A stretch of 64,000 nucleotides of DNA from Pecten maximus (Eukaryota), in the NCBI RefSeq assembly GCF_902652985.1, contig NC_047019.1, positions 23,808,001 through 23,872,000 of the forward strand, given 5' to 3'. Every line of letters starts with the position of its first letter. Position 1 is the first letter of the stretch. Positions 1 to 13,209 of this stretch are shown in pieces. Made by a program: the position numbers and the translations under genes. The notes beneath the pieces are model-generated. The model was not told the origin of the DNA. It ran no database searches and saw only the letters and a program-made list of their open reading frames with translations.

Positions 1-1100
1 CTGGCCTACAACCAGAAGTAAGTAGACTAGCCTACAAAGAGAAGTAAACTGGCCTACAAACAGAAGTAAACTGGGCTAAAAACCAAACTAAACTAGCCTG
101 CAAACAAAACTAAACTGGCCTACAAAAAACTAAACTAGTCTACAAACCGAACTAAATTGGCCTACAATTAGAACTAAACTAGGATACAAACAGAGTAAAA
201 CTGGCTTACAAGCAGAAGTAAGTAAATTGGCCTACAAACCGAACTAAACTGGGCCTACAAACCGAACTGAACTGGCCAACAAACCGAACTTAACTCGCCT
301 ACAAACAGAAGTAAACTGGGCTAAAAACCAAACTAAACTAGCCTGCAAACAAAACTAAACTGGTCTACATAAAAAACTAAACTGGCCTACAAACCGAACT
401 AAATTGGCCTACAAACAGAAGTAAACTGAGCTAAATACCAAACTAAACTAACCTGCAAACAAAACTAAACTGGTCTACATAAAAAACTAAACTGGTCTAC
501 AAACCGAACTAAATTGGCCTACAATTAGAACTAAACTAGCCTACAAACAGAGTAAACTGGCTTACAAACAGAAGTAAGTAAACTGGCCTACAAACCGAAC
601 TAAATTGGCTTACAATTAGAACTAAACAGCCTACAAACAGAGTTAAACTAGCCTACAAACAGAAGTAAATTGGCGTGTAAACCAAAATAAATTGGCCTAA
701 ACACTGAACCAAACTAGCCTACAAACCGAACTAAACTAGTCCACAAACAAAACTTAACTGGCCTTCAAACAGAAGTAATTTGGCCTGCAAATAGAAGTAA
801 ACTGGCCTACAAGCGGAAGTTAACTGGCCTACAAACCAAAATAGATTAGCCTAAAACCGAGCAAGACTACCCTACAAACAAAACTAAACTGGTCTACAAA
901 CAAGTAAACTGGCCTACAAGCCAAACTTAACTGGCACACTAACCGAACTAAACTAGCATACAAACCGAACTAAACTGGCTTACAGGCCAAACTTAACTGG
1001 CACACTAACCGAACTAAACTAGCATACAAACCGAACTAAACTGGCTTACAAGCCAAACTAAACTGGCACAGAAACCGAACTAAACTAGTGTACAAACCGA
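1..1100. repeat. 22-bp-unit minisatellite (consensus ~AAACTGGCCTACAAACCGAACT), ~50 diverged copies, runs off the window start
   Basis: CTRGCC motif recurs every 22 nt (27, 49, 71...). Multi-unit blocks recur at ~61, ~306 and ~416. Confidence 0.95.
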
Positions 1101-1456
1101 AGTACATGTACCTGTTTGACCCCACTTTATTCCGAGAGAAAAATAAATCAATATATTTCTAATATCATATAAGACAGCTCCAACCCTCCGTCAGCCGTGA
1201 TCGATTAGGCTTCAGTCTTGTCTTCTATCACTCTCAGTGTTCACGTATTTAATATGCATCAGATCAGTTAATCTCATAGTGAAGATTGACAAGTTTTAAT
1301 TATCTTTTTAAAAAGTTTCTCTTTGATATGTAAATTATGTTTAATCAATAACGTAAAGAAGATAGCAAGCTACTAATAGCAATGATTGATTCTAGAAGAA
1401 AAAGTTGTGGGTTTGAATTCCTCCTCAAGTATGCATAGAAATGTCTTCGAACATTA

Positions 1457-1655
1457 GGTGGGCGGGTGGCACAGTGGTAACACACTAGACTTTTACCTCG
1501 GTAACCAGGCTTTGATTCAACGATCGGACATACAATGGTATGGGGTTCCCTGCCCGACCACGTGAGTTATCTACAAGTATTCCTGTTTACCTCTCACACG
1601 CCTCCATCCAGGCCAACAAGAGTAGTTAATCAAAAGATGTATAACTTGTTTCGCA
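1457..1655 (+). mobile_element. Degenerate tRNA-derived SINE (V/Meta-domain-like)
   Basis: A-box-like TGGCACAGTGG and decayed B-box GGCTTTGATTC, followed by a degenerate GGGTTTTCTCCGGGTACTCCGGTTTCCTCCCACA-like core at ~1563-1598. Confidence 0.55.
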
Positions 1656-2282
1656 ATTTCTCATTTAATGTCTTCAAGAAATTATAAACGTCTTTAGCAA
1701 ACATCAGTATTAAAATGATATCTAAGTGTAAAATTAATTAAAAACGTATATACTGGGTATTGTCGAAGGTAATTAATAAGACTTCATTGTATTGACAAAT
1801 GGATTAGAATTGATCTTCAGTGGTGCTTTTTACTGAATCGTACCTGAGAATTACAATAATCGCAAAAATATATTGAATATTAATATGTCAAGCTATTCAA
1901 AACATTGTTAAGTCCCCAATGTAATAAAGGAGACAAACATCGAGCATACCTGGGTAGGGTCGCGCGTGTATTCTATGACACATGTGAATTTTCTCTAAAT
2001 GATCAATAATAAAATACTTATAACCTTTTAAAAGAATCCGACGTGTTAACGTTCACATGGTTAGGCTTATATGAGTATACAACTGTCTAATGACTGCTAT
2101 ATATGGTTACGATTGCACGTCGTGTCATGCCATTATTGGTACCTACGACGTGTCCAATGTAAATACTTGAAATATGAACTTAGTGATGTCAGACATCTGT
2201 GATACAGTACATTCCCTGTTTGTAATTAGAATATAAATAATGAATAGCAATTCCTAAATACTATCTGTTTCAAATCATGTAT

Positions 2283-3030
2283 GTTGTCTCTATACTAGAA
2301 CAGTTCTACCATATTTATATCTATAGAGACATCTTGTGGTGTCTCTTTACTAGAACAGTTCTACCATATTTATATCTATAGAGACATATTGTGGTGTCTC
2401 TTTACTAGAACAGTTCTATCCTACACTATTTATTAGTAGAGACATCTTGTGGTGTCTTTTTACTAGAACATTTCTACCATATTGATAACTATAGAGACCT
2501 CTTGTGGTGTATCTTTACTAGAACAGTTCTAGCCTATTTATGAGTATATAGACATTGTGTAGTGTCTCTTTACTAGAACAGTTCTGCCATATTTATGAGT
2601 ATAGAGACATCTTGTGGTGTCTCTTTACTAGAACATTTCTACCGTAGATGTATCTTTACTAGAACAGTTCTAGCCTATTTATGAGTATAGAGACATCTTG
2701 TGGTGTCTCTTTACTAGAACAGTTCTACCATATTTATAACTATAGAGACCTCTTGTGGTGTATCTTTACTAGAACAGTTCTAGCCTATTTATGAGTGTAT
2801 AGACATTGTGTAGTGTCTCTTTACTAGAACAGTTCTGCCATATTTATGAGTATAGAGACATCTTGTGGTGTCTCTTTACTAGAACAGTTCTACCATATTG
2901 ATAACTATAGAGACATCTTGTGGTGTATCTTTACTAGAACAGTTCTAGCCTATGTATGAGTGTATAGACATTGTGTAGTGTCTCTTTACTAGAACAGTTC
3001 TGCCATATTTAAGAGTACGGAGATACTTTG
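2283..3030. repeat. 55-bp-unit minisatellite, ~14 copies, with ~165-bp three-unit higher-order structure
   Basis: TAGAACA recurs at 2296, 2351, 2406, 2464, 2519, 2574, 2629, 2660, 2715, 2770, 2825, 2880, 2935, 2990. Confidence 0.95.
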
Positions 3031-3554
3031 TAATGTCTTTGTCCTCACTGGCCTATCCGCCACAATAGCATGTCGACATCACAGCCTTCAGTGCCATTGT
3101 TATGCCGACGACACGCAAATTTACATGGTTTTCAGATCACAAGACAGCTGGAACACAATAACAGCAAGTCTAGAAGCATGTCTAAATGCCATCAGTACTT
3201 AGATGAACTGCAATATGCTCCAGTTAAATCAGAAAAAAAAGACATAACTAATTGTCTTTTTCCTAATATTTTCAGCATACTAAAAGTCTCAAGCTAAATG
3301 TTTGTGCCAAAATTATTGAGACAGTCCAAGCTGTGAGGAACCTTGGCTGTACACTCTGATAGCTCCCTGGACTTAATTGGTTAACACTATCGCATGTTGC
3401 TGTTATTACCAAATCAGAAACAAACATTGGGTGTGTCCAGCAGTTCATCACCACATATGCAGGCCAGACATGGTTACTTCGCTTTTTACTTCTCGAATAG
3501 GCTATGTTAATGTTTTGCTCTTCGGTTACATGTATCTGATGCACTGATTAGCGG

Positions 3555-3930
3555 CCTGTAGAGGATCCAGAAAACTGCAGCACGCCTGGTTTCCCGTGCT
3601 CGAAAGACGGATCACATCACACAAGTGCTTTATTCATTGTATTGGCTACCTGTGCGTTTTAGGTCAAAGTACAAGATTTTGATGTTCACATACAAGGCAG
3701 TTCCGGAGTATTTACAGGAACTTGTCCCTCTCTACTAGCCGTCACAATCTCAACGATCCTTTCTATGCGTTCCAAACTCTCGTACTGTGGCTTATGGTAA
3801 CAGGTGCTTTGGAAAAGTAGCGGTCACTTTGTAGAACAGCTAGCTTACCATCTGTTACCACGAAGTTAAAAACCCTGTCCAAATTCAAGAAGGGGTAAAA
3901 ACTCACTGGTTTATGTGTGCTTTTTAGAGT
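3555..3930 (+). mobile_element. L2-clade LINE ORF2 3' fragment (decayed)
   Basis: Translates as IQKTAARLVSRARKTDHITQVLYSLYWLPVRFRSKYKILMFTYKA, matching the L2 C-terminal motif QNAAARL..HITPVL..LHWLPV..RI.FKIL. Stops and frameshifts follow. Confidence 0.8.
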
Positions 3931-6900
3931 CTCGTGTAGAGGTCATTATTATCTAACTGCTCGTGTTAACATGTAGGTTATATAATGTACACTGTGTAAC
4001 ACTTGAAACGAAATGTAGCATTATATTATTTAATGTGAAGCGCATTAGAGTATTTTTTACAAATTACCTAGTGCGTCATGAAGATGTTGTATATTATAGT
4101 TATCAATAATAACAAGTACCGTTTCACTGCCTTCTCCATCACAATAACATATTCCGTTCCACTGCCCTCTCAGTCACAATAATATATGATACATCATTTT
4201 GAGTAAATTCATTGATAGTCTTTTCACAACTAGATTTGTTTTCTCAAAGAGTATCGAAAAGACAAACAAATAAACACCGTTTTAATTATTTTTATTTAAC
4301 TTTTGCAAGTCTGGTGTATTACAATGAGCTCACTGAAACTCCAGAGAAGTAGTCATACAATGAGTTAAGATGTAGATCTAAACGACTTTAGTAATGAAGA
4401 CCACATCCAAACAATACGTATACAATATATCTATAAACTGACAATACCTTCCTGACATTTAAAATCCTGCTGTAGTTTTAAACCGATTCTAAAATGCTCA
4501 CGTACAAACTATAAATATCCATTACGAGGTTCGTTCATTCAGAGAGTATTGTTGAATTTGTAAATTTTTTTAACCATACCGCAAAAGGATATGTTATTAA
4601 GCTCATAAGTTCTTTTTAATATATGTATCTACACAATTAACATCCATAGCGTTTATTCATTGTACAAAACTCTATTCTATGCGTGCACAAACAAAACGTT
4701 ATCGTGCGAAGTGCATTACATATGTATGGGAGCTTATATAAAGCTGTCATTACTTTACATGCTTATAAACATTGGTCATTGTGTTTATACAAAATAATGT
4801 AGTTTACTTCAATACGTCGACACCATTAAACTTGAGAGAAAACTCGTTATCATTCGAAAAATATAACGGCCAACTGTTAACAAGTTATTCAGTAGAAGCC
4901 AGCCGAAGTTTAGTTTGCGACTTTATGATATTCTCTCAACAAGTCGGCACCTTTGATTATTTTTTTCGATATGACTCATTGCATCTTCAACAATTTATCT
5001 GGCGGCCATTTTCAGCTTCCATACGTATGAGGAAGCAGGTTATACAAAAACATTATTCGTGTGGTGATGATCAACAGCATTATCCATTTAAATTTTAGAA
5101 AAATCCATTAGTCTCATGATAAGGAGTTGTATTAGGAAGATGTTCTTAACAAATGTGTTGAGTTTGGAACCCTCAATAATATGGCTAATATTTTAATCTA
5201 CTCTATGATAATATCTCGTCAGACAAACGGCAAGCTGAACACAGCATACGTGGCAATGAGTTAGTATTACCATCCAAATTACAGAATCACATTAGGTAAA
5301 CTTATATACAGATTACTCAATATACGATGTTCTCTTTTGTATCAATATTTTAATGGTGTCTGTAAACTCCTAACAAAGAAGTGAAGTATTTTGCCTTTAT
5401 CAATATTTTTTTTTTTTTCAAATATGGAAATCTTTGATTTCTTAAAATGGTTTTAATGTGAATTTAGGTAAAAATGTCAGAATAAGCATGTACAGTGTAT
5501 ATGTTAACCTAACCAACATAAAACGTCGTGTCTCTAGACTGGTGCCTTTATAAGTACCACTAGAAAAAAAATATATATAAGACAGTAAAAAGCAGTACAA
5601 GAGTACAGTAACACTTAAACGATCAAGAATAAACACGTGCAGTATATAATCATACCGCTGACATTGTAAACGAACTACACAAATGACTCATTCATGTTTC
5701 CTATAAAACCTGCATGTAATTTATAGATATTTTCAAGTTCAAAATAAACGCTTTATAATATAAACTAATTAAGATTTCTTGTTTCCTAGTTTTGGTCCCT
5801 AACATTACTGAACAGGAGTACAAGGACAAAACACATGTCTGTTACAGTATCATTTGTCATTCTTTTTCATAATATTTAATAATGACACCATTTAAGATTC
5901 ATAAAGAAAATATTTCTTTCCCAATCTTTAAAGATGGGACGCAAGAGACAGACTTTAGGCACTGAACCAAATATATACTTTATACCGTTACTTTACCAAC
6001 AATTGACGTAAACTATCTTCATACGTATGCAAAAGTAAAACACATATATGAAAACATGATAAAAGGTCCCCAATCCAGATATTGTAATAATGTTATACAC
6101 AAGGCAACGGTGCTACATCTTCGATAAAGAGCAATCAAGATCAATCAAACTGAAACATGTGCTGTTTTATATTTTATACGATACCAAAAGTTCCACATTT
6201 TAGGCTATTTATCCTCGAAAATTTGAGCTTTTAATATCATCCAATAAATTGTAAAAAAAAAAGTTAATAATTGATTCAGAACGAACATTTGCTATCGTGT
6301 CCCGGCTCTATATTTTGAAGTCTTATAAACTATCATTATTAGGACGCAATAGCAATTTTGTCCATTATTGATGTTAATTTAAGACATACGTATTTCTATA
6401 CCGTATGCTATTTTATGGATTTTTGTTAGAAGCAGTGTATACCGGCGAAGTAGCATCTCTAACGATTACAATAAATTACAGTGACATACTTCTATAGCTT
6501 TATATTTTATATCTACTGTAGAATTACTACGTTCATATATCCATCTGATGATGTACACCATATAAATGTCGGTATAAAAACATTAATCCACATTTTATGT
6601 TGTAAATGTAAGATAAATACATGTACAGTGTACTGTGAACAGTAGTCATGAATGGAAATATATTTTTCTATCAAACTATATGGCACAAAATGGTTTGATT
6701 ATCATATGTTTGAACATTCTATAATATCTTTACATTACCCACCATCAATAAATTTGCATGAGTGGAGTCCATCATAAATTAATTAAAGACAAATATTTAA
6801 AATTTGAAGAAGCAAAAAAACGAAATTCAGGAATTGTTCGAACAGTATCAGTGCAAATATTCATTAATGTCTTGTGTATATAAATACTATCTAACTATAG

Positions 6901-7333
6901 CCCAAAATACACACAATGCAATTCTTGAAATTAAACTTATGACTATAATAATACAGTAAACTTTTACAATACTGTAAACCTTTATCTGTTTAGAAATAAA
7001 AGTATCTGTGTCCAAGTATAATGGGCATATAATGAATTTGATTGGTTTACCTTTCCAAAACTCTCTTAATCAACCACACCTTGAACTTGTCATTGAAATA
7101 GATACCAAACATTTTTTCTCACTATATTTATAGAGAGAAGATTAAAAAAACAGAATCTTTATTTTTTGTTAAAATATTTAGTAAAACATTGGTCCATTTT
7201 ATTAAAATAACAACAACATATGCACCTTTAATAAAGCTGAGTGACTTATCGATATTGCACATCTACATGTTAATTACTACTACAAAAGCAGTGTATATCA
7301 AAACAATGCTTTTCACGATAAAGATAAATATAT

Positions 7334-10300
7334 ACAAGAGGCCCAGAGGGCCTGTATCGCTCACCTGGTTTCGTGAGATATGAAACAAGAATGATGCTTA
7401 AGTATATTTGTCACTGGTATTGCTATGTCAATATATATCATAAGCATTTTATATGGGTACATGTATTGGTTTTATTTTAATACTAACAAGAGATCCCAGA
7501 GGGATCTTGGCGCCCACCATTGAATGATCTTCATAGGTTCCATGTCAGATTGATCTTTTCTCTACTTTTCCCTTCTTCTAAGTCTTACTAATCTGTGTAA
7601 ATTCAGAAACAGCCCTCTATAGCTAGTACTTTTCAAACAAGGGGAAGCTATATATAAAATTTAAGATTTAGCGATAATGGCTGTCTGTCGACCATGTTGT
7701 TTTTGGATTGGTCCCAATATGCAAAACTAGGCACTGAGGGGAACCTACATATGAAATTTGAGAAAGATCCCTTGAGTGCTTTCTGAGAAATAGCGATAAC
7801 AAACTTCAATTGTCAAAATCCAAGATGGCTGCCTGTCGGCCAGGCTGTTTTCCGATTGGTCTCAAAATGCAATATGCATAACAAGGCACCAAGAGGAACC
7901 TACATATGAAATTTGAGAAAGATCCCTTCAGTACTTTCTGAGAAATAGCGATAACAAACTTCAATTGTCAAAATCCAAGATGGCTGCATGACGGCCATGT
8001 TGTTTTCCGATTGGTCTCAAAATGCAATATGCATATCTAGGCACCAAGGGGAACCTACATATGAAATTTGAGAAAGATCCCTTCAGTACTTTCTGAGAAA
8101 TAGAGATAACAAACTTCAATTGTCAAAATCCAAGATGGCTGCCTGTCGGCCATGTTGTTTTCCGATTGGTCTCAAAATGCAATATGCATAACTAGGCCCC
8201 AAGGGGAACCTACATATGAAATTTGAGAAAGATCCCTTCAGTACTTTCTGAGAAAAAGCGATAACAAACTTCAATTGTCAAAATCCAAGATGGCTGCATG
8301 ACGGCCATGTTGTTTTCCGATTGGTCTCAAAATGCAATATGCATAACTAGGCACCAAGTGGAACCTACATATGAAATTTGAGAAAGATCCCTTGAGTGCT
8401 TTCTGAGAAATAGCGATAACAAACTTCAATTGTCAAAATCCAAGATGGCTGCCTGTCGGCCATGTTGTTTTCCAATTGGTCTCAAAATGCAATATGCATA
8501 ACTAGGCACCAAGTGGAACCTAAATATGAAATTTGAGAGAGATCCCTTCAGTACTTTCTGAGAAATAGCGATAACAAACTTCAATTGTCAAAATCCAAGA
8601 TGGCTGCCTGTCGGCCATGTTGTTTTCTGATTGGTTTCAAATCGCAATATGCATAACTAGGCACCAAGGGAAACCTACATATGAAATTTAAGAAAGATCC
8701 CTTCAGTACTTTCTCAGAAATAGCGATAACAAACTTCAATTGTCAAAATCCAAGATGGCTGCCTGTCGGCCATGTTGTTATCCGATTGGTCTCAAAACGC
8801 AATATGCATAACTAGGCACCAAGGGAAACCTTCATATGAAATTTGAGAAAGATCCCTTCAGTACTTTCTCAGAAATAGCGATAACAAACTTCAATTGTCA
8901 AAATCCAAGATGGCTGCATGTCGGCCATGTTGTTTTCCGATTTGTCTCAAAACGCAATATGCATAACTAGACACCAAGGGGAACCTACATATGAAATTTG
9001 AGAAAGATCCCTTCAGTACTTTCTGAGAAATAGCGATAACAAGAATTGTTTACGGACGGAGGGACGGACGGACGGACGGAGGGACGGAGGGACGGACGGA
9101 CGGACGACGGACCACGGACGCAGGGCGATTTGAATAGCCCACCATCTGATGATGGTGGGCTAAAAATGCCAAAAAGTGCATTAATCCATGAAATGAAATT
9201 GTCTTTTGGCGTGACCCCATAGGGATGCTACCACACAAATGTGAGTGATATCCATTGCTTAGTTTCAGAGAAGATCTTGTTTAGATTAATTGACCCCTTT
9301 TGACCCTGCCCTCTGCCCCCTGGGGGGTCAGCTCCTTCCTTTATACAATTTTGAATTCCTACTCCAATAGGATGCTACCAGTCAAACCATTGCTAAGTTT
9401 CAGAGAATACAGTAAGTTGTTTAATAATTTAGCCAAATTGACCCCTTTTGGCCCCACCCCTCAGCCCCCTGGCGGCCCGGGTCAACCCCAACATTTATAA
9501 AATTTTGAATCCCAACCCCATAACCATGCTACCATACAAATGTGAGTAATATTCATTGCTTAGTTTCAGAGAAGTTGTTTAAACAAATTGACCAATTTTG
9601 GCCCCGCCCCTCAGGGGTCAGCCCCACCATTTGTACAATTTTGAATCCCCACCCCATAGGGATGCTACCAGGTAAATATGAGCAATATCCATTGCTTAGT
9701 TTCAGAGCAGAAGTCATTTATATCAATTCTGCAAAACTGACCCCTTTTGGCCCCACCCCTCAGCCCCCAGGGGGTCAGCCCCGTCATTTGTACAATTTCA
9801 AATTCCTACCCGAAGGTGATGCTACCAGTAAAATATGAAAGATTTCCATTGTTTGGTTCCAGAGAAGAAGTCAATTATATGAATATAGCCAGATTGAGCA
9901 CATTTGGCCCCACCCCTCAAGCCCCTGGGGGGTCAGTCCCATCATTTGTACAATTTTGAATCCCCACCCCATAGTGTTGCTACCAGGCAAATAGGAGCGA
10001 CAGGCATTGCTCGGTTTCAGAGAGGAAGTCGTTTATATCAATATAGCCAAATTGACAACATTCGGCCCCAACCCTCAGGCGCCTGGGGTGTCAGCCACAT
10101 CATTTGTACAATTTGGAATCCCCACCCCATAGTGATGCTACCAGGCAAATATGAGTGATAGCCATTGCTTGGTTTCAGAGAAGAAGTCGTTTATATCAAT
10201 AGCGCCAAAATGACCCCTTTTGGCCCCGCCCCTCAGGCCCCTGGGGGGTCAGCCCCATCATTTGTACAATTTTGAATCCCCACCCCATAATGATGCTACC

Positions 10301-10619
10301 AGGCAAATATGAGCGATAGCCATTGCTTGGTTTCAGAGAAGAAGTCGTTTATATCAATAGCGCCAAAATGACCCCTTTTGGCCCCGCCCAAGAGGCCCCC
10401 AGGGGGTCAGCCCCATCATTTGTACAATTTTGAATCCCCTACCCATAGGGATGCTTCTGACCAAATTTGTGCAAATTCCGATCAGCGGTTATGAAGAAGA
10501 AGTCAAATAAGTCAATTGTTGAAGGACGGACGGACGACAGACGGACGGACAGACGGACGGACGACGGACGCCACGGTATGGCATAAGCTCACCTTGGTCC
10601 TTCGGACCAGGTGAGCTAA
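7334..10619 (-). mobile_element. Non-autonomous Helentron-like element (HINE/DINE type), outer element, with internal ~158-bp tandem array (~9210-10500)
   Basis: On +: ACAAG end, short palindrome and subTIR GCTCACCTGG at ~7359. Other end has a (GGAC)n microsatellite (~10525-10570) and stem-loop AGCTCACCTTGGTCC-TTC-GGACCAGGTGAGCT. GATGCTACC recurs at ~158-nt spacing. Confidence 0.8.
7485..9164 (-). mobile_element. Second Helentron-like non-autonomous element nested in the first, carrying ~9 copies of a 155-bp satellite-like unit (~7640-9040)
   Basis: AACAAG end, palindrome AAGAGATCCC..GGGATCTT, subTIR GCCCACCAT, (GGAC)n at ~9052-9120, and perfect 12-bp stem TAGCCCACCATC-TGAT-GATGGTGGGCTA (9135-9162). 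GAACCTACAT recurs at 7741, 7896, 8051, 8206 (155-nt period). Confidence 0.85.
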
Positions 10620-10904
10620 TAAGTATAACGGGTAATTTTACCCCCAAGGGGAGACGTTACATATCTATTATATCAAACGTTTCCTCCCTCCTAAACGATT
10701 CTAAGTTTGTAACCATAGAGGCTTGCAGTCAGTGTTTGTAAACTACTACCAGCATGAGTGGAGACCCCCCTGCCACACATCCATGGGGCTAAATAGGTTT
10801 TCTCTTACCCTCCTGGTGATCTTATTGATGCAAGATTTACGTTCCTTCATTGCCTGTTGCCGTCAAATCAGCGTTGTTTCTATGAAACGATGCAATTAGT
10901 CTGA

Positions 10905-11122
10905 ATTGTTTGTTTTTGTTTAACGTCCTATTAACAGCTAGGGTAATTTAAGGACGTGCTAGGTTTTGGAGGTGGAGGAAAGCCAGAGTACCCAGAGAAA
11001 AACCAACGGCCTACGGTCAGTGCCTGGCAACTGCCCCACGTAGGTTTCGAACTCGCAACCCAGAGGTGGAGGGCTGGTGATAAAGTGTCAGGACACCTAA
11101 ACCACAAGGCCACAGTGGTCCC
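10905..11122 (-). mobile_element. tRNA-derived SINE with Meta/V-type conserved core
   Basis: Minus strand reads A-box TGGCCTTGTGG, B-box GAGTTCGAAAC, core GGTTTTTCTCTGGGTACTCTGGCTTTCCTCCACC, then an (AAAC)n tail. A close copy lies at 58345-58567. Confidence 0.8.
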
Positions 11123-11419
11123 TTCCGACTAGAAACGTCTACCTAGTATAACATTGTAGGGAGAGACTAATAGAATGTTCATCTCCTTTGGGGTGAGAGA
11201 GGGAAATGTCAGCCTAATGGCGGTTTCTAACTTGACAAGCACAAGGATTGCGGAGTATTTGGAAACTTAATAATACAAGACATTCTTAATGCGATATGAT
11301 TAAATTATCATCATGACACTGTTGTATTGGTGACGTCATGTTCTGTTATTGTTTTGGTCTGGTTTCCTCATTTTAACTATATGGTGATATTAAGAAGCAT
11401 CTCACTGGTAAGAGTGACG

Positions 11420-13200
11420 AACAAATTGTTCAGGTTAAGAGAAAATGAAGTTTCACCTTAGGATGAGTGTGAATACATATGTCCATTGTAGGAATGCAGG
11501 AAATCTCACCCAAGGAGGCTTATGGGTACACCTGTCCAAGGTAAGAAAAGGGACGTCTTACCGTAGGAAGAGTGTGGATACACATGTCCAGGGTAAGAAA
11601 AATGTAAAACTCGTCCAAAGATGCTTGAGGGTACAACTGTCCAAGGTAAAAAAAAAGTCAGTCTTACCGCAGGAAGAGTGTGGATACATATGTCCAGGGT
11701 AAGAAAAATGGAAAACTCATCCTAAGAAGCTTGTGGGTACACCTGTCCAGGGTAAAAAAAAGTCAGTCTGATCCTTGAAAGAGCAATGACAAAAGGATGC
11801 CTCAAGCCGGGAAGAAAGTGGATACACCTTTCCAGTGTATGAGAAAAAGAAGTCTTATCCTGGGAAGAGTGCGGATACACCTGTCCAGTGTACCATAAAA
11901 AGGAAATCTGATCCTAGGATAGTGTGGATCCATCCGCACCTGTCCAGTGTATCATAAAAAGGAAATCTTATCCTAGGATAGTGTGGATCCATCCGCACCT
12001 GTCCAGTGTATCATAAAAAGGAAATCTTATCCTAGGATAGTGTGGATCCATCCGCACCTGTCCAGTGTATCATAAAAAGGAAATCTTATCCTAGGATAGT
12101 GTGGATCCATCCGCACCTGTCCAGTGTATCATAAAAAGGAAATCTTATCCTGGGAAGAGTGCGGATACACCTGTCCAGTGTATCATAAAAGAAAATCTGA
12201 TCCTAGGATAGTGTGGATCCATCCGCACCTGTCCAGTGTATCATAAAAAGGAAATCTTATCCTAGGATAGTGTGGATCCATCCGCACCTGTCCAGTGTAT
12301 CATAAAAAGGAAATCTTATCCTAGGATAGTGTGGATCCATCCGCACCTGTCCAGTGTATCATAAAAAGGAAATCTTATCCTAGGATAGTGTGGATCCATC
12401 CGCACCTGTCCAGTGTATCATAAAAAGGAAATCTTATCCTGGGAAGAGTGCGGATACACCTGTCCAGTGTATCATAAAAGGAAATCTGATCCTAGGATAG
12501 TGTGGATCCATCCGCACCTGTCCAGTGTATCATAAAAGGAAATCTTATCCTAGGATAGTGTGGATCCATCCACACCTGTCCAGTGTATCATAAAAAGGAA
12601 ATCTTACCCTGGGAAGAGTGCGGATACACCTGTCCAGTGTATCATAAAAGGAAATCTGATCCTAGGATAGTGTGGATCCATCCGCACCTGTCCAGTGTAT
12701 CATAAAAGGAAATCTGATCCTAGGATAGTGTGGATCTATCCGCACCTGTCCAGTGTATCATAAAAGGAAATCTGATCCTAGGATAGTGTGGATCCATCCG
12801 CACCTGTCCAGTGTATCATAAAAAGGAAATCTTATCCTAGGATAGTGTGGATCCATCCGCACCTGTCCAGTGTATCATAAAAAGGAAATCTTATCCTGGG
12901 AAGAGTGCGGATACACCTGTCCAGTGTATCATAAAAGGAAATCTGATCCTAGGATAGTGTGGATCCATCCGCACCTGTCCAGTGTATCATAAAAAGGAAA
13001 TCTTATCCTGGGAAGAGTGCGGATACACCTGTCCAGTGTATCATAAAAGGAAATCTGATCCTAGGATAGTGTGGATCTATCCGCACCTGTCCAGTGTATC
13101 ATAAAAGGAAATCTTATCCTAGGATAGTGTGGATCCATCCCCACCTATCCAGTGTATCATAAAAGGAAATCTTATCCTAGGATAGTGTGGATCCACATGT
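11420..13200. repeat. Minisatellite with 59-bp and 54-bp unit variants; homogeneous core 11880-13195 and degenerate leading units 11420-11880
   Basis: Unit CCTGTCCAGTGTATCATAAAAAGGAAATCTTATCCTAGGATAGTGTGGATCCATCCGCA (59 nt) is interleaved with a ...CCTGGGAAGAGTGCGGATACA variant (54 nt). Confidence 0.95.
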
Positions 13201-13209
13201 TCAGGTTAT

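Noticed and set aside
2296-3000. TAGAACAGTTCTA as heat-shock or steroid-response elements
   Set aside because: The spacing is one base off nGAAnnTTCn and does not fit AGAACAnnnTGTTCT. No nearby gene start is evident.
3930-7330. Short ORFs in AT-rich sequence (e.g. 4772-5098)
   Set aside because: No domain similarity or exon chain was found, consistent with chance ORFs in non-coding DNA.
9050-10158. Pro/Gly-rich ORFs in the ORF track
   Set aside because: They are translations of the GGAC microsatellite and 158-bp satellite units inside non-autonomous elements.
11880-13195. Possible CRISPR-like array (also considered for 1-1100, 2283-3030 and 60654-60975)
   Set aside because: There are no unique spacers because whole units repeat, there are no cas genes, and the context is eukaryotic.
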